DNA of 64,000 nucleotides, from positions 434,001-498,000 of the forward strand of contig OW569345.1 of NCBI GenBank assembly GCA_937625935.1. The letters are read 5' to 3'. Shown here piece by piece: positions 57,393 to 64,000 of this stretch. Made by a program: the position numbers and the translations under genes. This DNA comes from Tetramitus jugosus (lineage: Eukaryota; Protista; Heterolobosea). The notes below the pieces were generated by a model. The model made no database searches and had not been told where the DNA came from. It saw only the letters and a program-made list of their open reading frames with translations. The number at the start of each line of letters is the position of its first letter. Position 1 is the stretch's first letter.

Positions 57393-59853
57393 ATGTCTGA
57401 CGTAGAACAACCACAACAACCACAAGTGGAGGAAGAGCAAACCACCACAGCAACTACTGCCATTGAACAATCTGAACCACAACAAGAAGAGCAAAAGGAA
57501 GCCGCGCCACTACAGCAACAACAGGAAGAAGAAACTGTGGCAGAGCAGAATGACTCACCTCCATTGAAGGAAGAGACAGCAACACCACAAGAAGCAGAGG
57601 CAGAACAACAAAATTTACCACATGAAGCCGCAGAGTCAAAAAACAAGGAAGAAGTAGTGGAAATGGACAATAAACCACAAGAAGAAGAAGAAGAAGCACA
57701 AGCACAACCAACACAACAACAAACATCAGACAAGTTGTTTAATGGATTTGATTTCGAAGGCATCCCAACAGAGACTCAATCTGCTGTTCGTTATCCACCA
57801 CTCGATGCTCAATCAGTTGATATTGGAGGAGGAGTGAGACGAAAGGGTCTGTACAGTGAAAAGCTCGTGCTCAAGAGATTTGACAACATTTCTACGTGCT
57901 ATGAATCATTCCAGTATGTGTGATTGGATCCATCTCAAAGAGAGGAAGATGCCAACAACAATTTGTTGGGTTTTTTTCTGTTGCCGTCTGTTGAGCTACG
58001 AACTGACACCAAACGATTCATTTTTTTTTGATAATAGAAACTCGACCACACGGTTCCCACAACGTCCATGCTTGGGAACAAGGGCATTGAATGCTGATGG
58101 CACTCCTGCCAGCTCTTATCATTTCCTAACTTATCAAGAAGTGAACGAAAAGATGACTAATGTGGCCAGTGGTATGATTCATTTGGGTATTTCTCCAAAG
58201 AAACATGTTGGTATCTATAGTAAGAACCGTGCTGCTTGGCAAATTGCTTCTGAGGCATGTCATGCTCAATCATTTGTCAGTATTGCACTGTATGACACTC
58301 TAGGTGAGGACTCGAGCTTGTACATCATGAATCATGGTGAAATTGTCTGTATTTTCTGCAGTGGAGAAGTCCTGCCAAAGATTCTTGCTATTGCTGAGAG
58401 ATGTGAACATTTGAAGTACATTATCTGCTTTGATGCCGTGTCAGATGAGAACAGACAAAAGGTTGCTGCTTGGAATTTGATTATTCATACGATGGACGAG
58501 TTGGAAGAGATTGGAAAGAAGAACCCAGTTCCTCACACACCTCCTACCCCAACCGATTTGGCCACCATCATGTACACAAGTGGAACCACTGGTACTCCAA
58601 AGGGTGTCATGCTCACTCACTACAATGTCGTTGGTGCAATGAGTGGTGTTGCCGGAAACTTTTTCCAAATTTCTGAGGAAGATGTTCTCATCTCCTATTT
58701 GCCATTGGCTCATATTTTGGAGCGCGTTGCTGAATTGATGTTTTTACAAATGGGTGCTTCCATTGGTTTCTGGCAAGGAAATGTTTTGTTGTTGCCGGAT
58801 GATCTCCTTGTTTTGCAACCAACAATGATGCCTGCTGTGCCTCGTGTCTTGGACAGATTCTATGACAAGGTCAAGGCAGCTATTGATAGTGGCAGTTGGT
58901 TGAAGAGAACTCTTTTCCAAAAGGCCTACACAGCAAAGAAGTATGCTCAAGAGAATGGAAAGACTACAAGCGTTTGGGACGCTATTGTCTTCAAGAAGGT
59001 GAAGGCCAGACTCGGTGGTAGAGTCAGAGGTATGCTCTCTGGTGGTGCTCCACTCAGACCTGAGGTGCACGAGTTCTTGAGAGTGGCTTTTGATTGTCCA
59101 ATTATTCAAGGTTATGGTTTGACTGAGACTTGTGCTGCAGGTACCATTCAATTACCAACTGATTTCACCACTCGTCACATTGGTCCGCCATTGTCATGTA
59201 ATGAGATTAAGCTCGAAAGTGTCCCAGAGATGAACTACATGGCTGACGGTAATCCTCCTTCTGGAGAAATCTGTATCAGAGGAACTAACGTTTCGATTGG
59301 ATACTACAAAGCCCCAGATCTGACTGCTGAAGTATTTGATGCTGACGGATGGTTCCACACTGGTGATATCGGTAAATGGAATCCAAATGGTACAATTACA
59401 ATTGTTGACAGGAAGAAGAACATTTTCAAATTGTCCCAAGGAGAATATGTTGCTGCCGAGAATGTTGAACAACAACTCAACATGTGTCAATTCTTGTCCA
59501 GAATTTGGGTCTATGGTGATTCATTCCAAAGTTCCTTGGTTGGTGTTGGAGTTGTTGATATCCCTCCACTTGTTGCCTATGCAAAGCAAAATGGATGGCC
59601 TGATGCATCTGAGAAGAATATCGAAACCTTGATCAAGGATGAAAAGATTAAGAAGTTGATCTTGGAAGACTTGGAAAAGACAGGAAAGGCTGCCAAGCTT
59701 CATGGATTTGAGATGGTCAGAGCCATACATTTAGTACATCAAGATTTTGATGTTATTGACTGTGTTACACCTACCATGAAACTTCAAAGAGCAAACTTGA
59801 AGAAGCACTTCCAATCAGAATTGGATAGAATGTATGCAAGCATGCAGGCGTAA
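57393..59853 (+). CDS. Long-chain acyl-CoA synthetase; exons 57393-57913, 58038-59853
   Basis: YTSGTTGTPKG, SYLPLAHILER, QGYGLTE, GWFHTGDIG and DRKKNIFKLSQGEYV. Confidence 0.95.
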
Positions 59854-59908
59854 AAAAAGCAAGTAATACAAATAAAATCAAAGAACATTAATGCATATTC
59901 ATTGTTGA

Positions 59909-61105
59909 CTAAAGAAATTGTGTCACATTCTGGAACACAGGACGTGAATACTTATTGTACAGAGCTAATGAAGAGTTCTTAATCTTCATGGCAGCCATTT
60001 GGTTCGTGAGGAAGCCGATACAGGCCTCCAGATCTGACTCTGCATATCCAGATATTTCTTCCAGATGAGTCACATTGGCCAGTGGTGTGATGGATGACGA
60101 GATATAAGCGCATGAAGCAGCAATGACGGATGGGTTGTACACGCAGCTCGAACTGCACAACAGAGAAGACTCCGCTATCATTCCTATCATATGCTTCTGT
60201 ACATCTGTAACATGGAGTTGTGCTGAGTAACTCCGTGTAAAAGCATAGATTGAGCATGTTGTAATACAAAAATCGAGCGAGTTGAGGATCAGTCGTTCCA
60301 TGAGTATCATCTCTTCACGAGAATAGGCACAATCTGATATCTCGATAAAATCATCCAGTACTGGTGGTTCTATCTCTTCATATTTACAAGCAATGAACAT
60401 TGCTGCTATGCCCAAGAGTTGAAACTTGCTTCGTAATACCTTTCTTTTTGCTAAAAAGCGATCCACAATATTAACTGCTAAGAACAGTGTTTCCTCTCTT
60501 AGTTGAAACTCTGAATGAACTTCAATTAACCAATCTACTAATACCACTCTCATTTCTTCGTTAATATCTGTTTGAAAGGCCATGAAATTAAAAGTGGGCA
60601 AGTACTTGGTCTCAATGGCCTTTAAATAATTATGTATGTCTTCATCATAGTCCTTGTCATAAGATGTTTTCACTGACTCTTGCTTTAGGGGGTAAGAAGG
60701 TAGTTCAGCCAAGCAAGGTGATGGTTCTTCATTCAAGGAAGGACGTACATCCAGGTCTGCCATGTTAACGGCATTCAATATCACTGGACTCTTTCTTTTC
60801 ACTGGGACTAGCTTTTGTTTAACAAAGGAGGTAAAAGTAGTGGTGATATTGGAGAGAGCTATTCTTTCTTTCACTTGAGGCTGACGTAGAGGCTTTCCCA
60901 ATGGTGGAAGCTTCACAGATGAATCATTTTGCTTCAATACTTGAGGCACAAACTGATTCTCATCATTTACCTTTATGTTAGCTTCTTCATTGTTGGTCAC
61001 AATGGATTGAGCTAGCATGGAATTACGAGTTGGTGGATTATGATGCATTTTGTTGTTGGTTTGTTCTATTGACAACAGGTCACCTGGCCATTCTTTCACA
61101 TTCAT
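59909..61105 (-). CDS. Mitotic cyclin (A/B type)
   Basis: D-box-like RIALSNITT, cyclin box MRVVLVDWLIEVH..ETLFLAVNIVDRFL and KYEEI. The start may be 61048. Confidence 0.93.
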   Translation of the reverse strand: MNVKEWPGDLLSIEQTNNKMHHNPPTRNSMLAQSIVTNNEEANIKVNDENQFVPQVLKQNDSSVKLPPLGKPLRQPQVKERIALSNITTTFTSFVKQKLVPVKRKSPVILNAVNMADLDVRPSLNEEPSPCLAELPSYPLKQESVKTSYDKDYDEDIHNYLKAIETKYLPTFNFMAFQTDINEEMRVVLVDWLIEVHSEFQLREETLFLAVNIVDRFLAKRKVLRSKFQLLGIAAMFIACKYEEIEPPVLDDFIEISDCAYSREEMILMERLILNSLDFCITTCSIYAFTRSYSAQLHVTDVQKHMIGMIAESSLLCSSSCVYNPSVIAASCAYISSSITPLANVTHLEEISGYAESDLEACIGFLTNQMAAMKIKNSSLALYNKYSRPVFQNVTQFL

Positions 61106-61290
61106 AACGACCAGTTTTGGGCGGGATATCCAGATGTCGAAACGACTTTTGTGCCGTCATGAAATTCCTGTTACCGAGATATCGGATTCTAGTACCACCA
61201 GCGGATCTTTTTTATTCTGCGATCCGAAGTGGCCAGTTAAGTGGCTCAACTACAGTCCCCGTGAAAGACAGGTGTGGGGAGCAGAGGAAC

Positions 61291-62258
61291 TTAATACGAT
61301 TTTTTCTTGATTGTTCGCAACGTGTTTCTAATGACCATGTAAGTCCACAGTAGATTCAAAAGGGAGAGAGCAATCGTTATAGAGGATGACATGATCTGCG
61401 CAGTAGGTGAGATTTGTCTAAAGTTCTTCAAGTGACCTTCTCTGATGGCTCTGATCATCACGTAGGGTCCAACACCTACACGAAAACAGATAAAGAAGAT
61501 CATTTTGAGGATGGAGGCCACCTTGTATCGAGTACTACCTCTCCGCCCAAATTTCTGCAAGTACCACTGAACATTTGTTGGCAGGACTGTAATCTCAGTG
61601 AAAAGCATCGAGGTGGACAATATTGTTGTTTGTTTGAACCACATGCTTGCTGCACATCCTATAATTGTCATCAAATGATGGATCCACATGGAGCTGTCCA
61701 TTGATTTCTGTGCAATCATTGTCAACGTATCATAAATACTGTATCCGAGAGAGATGGAGAACAAAGTATCGGAGCCAGATGGATAATTCGTCCACATGTT
61801 TCCACCATTGCCTGGCTTGAGAGCAAAAAAGTTTTGATCATTCTTGAAGACCAAATCTACAGTAGGAATTGGTCAGTCAACCAACAACCCAAACAAACAA
61901 AACAAACAAAGCAAACAACAACCAACGAACCATAAGCTAGTTTGGAAGAGATGGCAGCATGCAGTGTAGAGACAACTTTTTCTGACAGATTAATGTAATC
62001 TTCTTGATTCAACCGAAGGGATTTTAGACGATCGACACTTGTAATCCATCCTCGTTTCCAAAATTCATTGGCACACAAATGAATCACTGTACATCCAGCA
62101 ATTGAGCCACATGTCATGTAGAGTACTCGTTTGAGACGACGTTGATTGTCATCATTTACCTGTTTTTCTCGACAATCGTCTGCTTTTCCGTCCACTTGTT
62201 TATTATTGGCAGCACTGTCCATCATCATCATCGGTGGATGTTCGTCTTGTTTGTTCAT
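61291..62258 (-). CDS. TLC-domain (TMEM56/TLCD-like) membrane protein; exons 62258-61931, 61856-61291
   Basis: VVSTLHA, SLGYSIYD, WIHH, TEIT..N..W, FICFR and LNLLW. 74-nt intron GTTCGT..TAG. Confidence 0.88.
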
Positions 62259-62411
62259 TTGCTCCTCTCTGTGTGTGCGTGGATTTTTTTTCACAAATTT
62301 TTCGCGTTGAAGTTCACACGAGCTGTGTGTTTTGATTCCTTTGTTGGGGGAGCTCCCAAGTAAAATTCAACTTCCACAACACACAGCACACCGGTGGATC
62401 AGAGAGAAAGA

Positions 62412-63140
62412 ATGGGCACATCGTCATCCAAACATCAGACAACCAATGCGATCGCTGATACTAACAAGGCCGCTCAGTGGTCTCAGCTCGAGAATGATGA
62501 ACCACCTGCAGTGTCATTCCAATCCCTGTCCAATGATCAATTCGATTTCTTTACAAGACACTTGACACAGGTTCATTGTGGTCAATTGTATCAAGCCTAT
62601 CAGAATGAGTTGTCCAAAAGGAAGGGCACTAGCCATAAGAATGTTGCTGATGATGATCTATTGTTGGATCTTCAGACCATTTATCACATTTGTAACATGT
62701 ACTACTTGGACAATCAGTTTCATCGTTGCTTGAACAAGCAGGAGAATGTGACTGTGAAACAGATGGAGGATGCTGTTCAAAAGTTGATTAGTGATGATGG
62801 CACAAGAGACAGAGTGTACAAGGATCGTTCATTTGAGTCCATGGGATACTGCACAAAGGAGAATATGCCGTTGATTAGGTTGGTTCGGGCAAGGCGACAA
62901 GAGTTGGATGAGAATCCAAGTTTGTTGCAGGAGACATTTGAGTTGATTGAGAAGAAGGCAGCAGATTCTTTGAACGAACAAGGTGTTTCTCAGTTGGAGG
63001 ATCAATTGTGTGCATCATACAAGCAAATGAATGACTTCTTCCAAAACGATACAAAGAACAACGTTTTGTACCAACAGTTTGCAAAGGAACAATTGGAGAA
63101 GTGCTTGTTGGCAGTAAACAAGGCGAAAAAGCAACTATAA
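62412..63140 (+). CDS. Hypothetical helical protein with an N-myristoylation motif
   Basis: MGTSSSK start; 242-aa ORF. Confidence 0.7.
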   Translation: MGTSSSKHQTTNAIADTNKAAQWSQLENDEPPAVSFQSLSNDQFDFFTRHLTQVHCGQLYQAYQNELSKRKGTSHKNVADDDLLLDLQTIYHICNMYYLDNQFHRCLNKQENVTVKQMEDAVQKLISDDGTRDRVYKDRSFESMGYCTKENMPLIRLVRARRQELDENPSLLQETFELIEKKAADSLNEQGVSQLEDQLCASYKQMNDFFQNDTKNNVLYQQFAKEQLEKCLLAVNKAKKQL

Positions 63141-63223
63141 GTTATTATTAATAGTAAAAGAGTGATCATTCTTGAATTATTGAACAGTTTATTAGTACTT
63201 AAAGACTTAGTGATCCACAATGC

Positions 63224-64000
63224 TTAATAGAGCTTTGAGTATGATTTGATGGCAGAGTATTTTCTGTAGTAGATGAATCCAACAACAAACGCAGTCTGGA
63301 ATAAAATAAAGAAGAGCCAGAAGCCGTATGATGTGGACGACTTGATCGTACTATGTAGTTGAGTGCTGTGTTCCTCGAAGCCGGTATGAAGCCTACCTTG
63401 TTTCACAGTCAAGTCGTCAACTTGAACATTCAAGCTACTCATGTAGTTTTCGAGTTTAGTGATTCCATTGTGCAAGTTCTGTCCTTCCTTCTCCAAACTC
63501 CTCATCATGCTGGAGAAATCCTGCTTGATGCTATCTTTGAGTTGAATGAGTTCATTTTGGACAGCTTGTTGCTTTGCGAGCATGCCAGTTATTTGGGCGA
63601 TGACGCTGGTGATATCGTCCTTGGTGGATGATACTTTCACAGTCCGTGCAACCTCCTCCAAAGCCTCCAGAATCAACAAGTTAGTCCTGGTGCTGATACT
63701 GAGCTCTTTCTCTTCGTGAGAAATGTCAGAGGGTGATGTTGAGGAAGATTTGTCCTCGTTTTTGGCTTCAGGGTGATCCATTCCCTTCAATTTTTCTTCA
63801 ATCATCTTGAAAATGTGATCATCGTCAGCTGGTTCACTGATAGAGTACGATTGTGGATGCGTATTGGTGTTGTCCTCTTTAGCAACAGTCGTCTTTTCCT
63901 TCTTCTTTTGTTTCTTGCCAGTGGTAGCAGCAGAAGCAGCATCAATTGCGTCATCAATCTCTGCATTGTCCAACTGATCCTTGTAGTACTTGTATGGATC
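63224..64000 (-). CDS. Type I membrane protein with a coiled-coil stalk, probably an ERGIC-53/Emp47-like L-type lectin (5' part outside the window)
   Basis: The frame is open to the window end. Coiled coil, single TM, and a short tail ending SKLY*. The lectin domain itself is not visible. Confidence 0.6.
   Translation of the reverse strand, partial: DPYKYYKDQLDNAEIDDAIDAASAATTGKKQKKKEKTTVAKEDNTNTHPQSYSISEPADDDHIFKMIEEKLKGMDHPEAKNEDKSSSTSPSDISHEEKELSISTRTNLLILEALEEVARTVKVSSTKDDITSVIAQITGMLAKQQAVQNELIQLKDSIKQDFSSMMRSLEKEGQNLHNGITKLENYMSSLNVQVDDLTVKQGRLHTGFEEHSTQLHSTIKSSTSYGFWLFFILFQTAFVVGFIYYRKYSAIKSYSKLY

Noticed and set aside
14372-61930. Split ORFs in CHD, CDK, RWP-RK, Hsp101, 7TM, COG4, MED12, acyl-CoA synthetase and TLC as possible frameshifts, pseudogenes or an alternative genetic code
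   Set aside because: Each is resolved by a canonical GTnnGT..AG intron, and TAA, TAG and TGA all terminate conserved genes.
1-64000. CRISPR arrays, transposons, rRNA/tRNA genes, telomeric repeats
   Set aside because: No spaced direct repeats, terminal repeats, transposase/RT motifs or RNA-gene signatures were seen by eye.

Overview
Gene-dense eukaryotic nuclear DNA with the standard genetic code, short GT-AG introns and many CAA/TCA/AAC trinucleotide tracts. It is probably a free-living protist; a Discoba/heterolobosean origin is my impression only. About 32 protein-coding genes can be reconstructed, with 16 introns whose reading frames I checked by eye. Recognisable genes: NEO1/ATP9-type P4-ATPase (partial), GNAT, S8 protease, Vps39/Vam6-like, CHD-like SNF2 ATPase, MATH protein, CDK9/12-like kinase, RWP-RK factor, Hsp101/ClpB, OSCA/TMEM63-like, ALG2, PSMD9, orphan 7TM, MOT1/BTAF1, COG4, CPSF4, SRPBCC, SDR, RPS3A, MED12, mitochondrial EF-Tu, acyl-CoA synthetase, cyclin, TLC protein and an ERGIC-53-like 3' end. 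I recognised no rRNA, tRNA, CRISPR array or transposon. The best candidate for new biology is the GNAT gene. Its only good start codon opens a 45-codon ORF ending in the shifty stop UUU-UAG-C, and the catalytic ORF lies in the +1 frame with no intron donor matching the GTnnGT pattern of all 16 other introns. This suggests antizyme-style +1 programmed frameshifting; an indel error or atypical intron is not excluded. Other leads are an N-domain-less Hsp101 with an NLS and a phased GGAA promoter array, an E2F/CHR/MYB-like promoter on a chromodomain-less CHD, a PTS1-bearing microprotein overlapped by a uORF, a bacterial-type S8 protease with EGF and GPI-like tail, and an SDR lacking its catalytic Tyr. 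All family calls come from recognising motifs, not from database searches.
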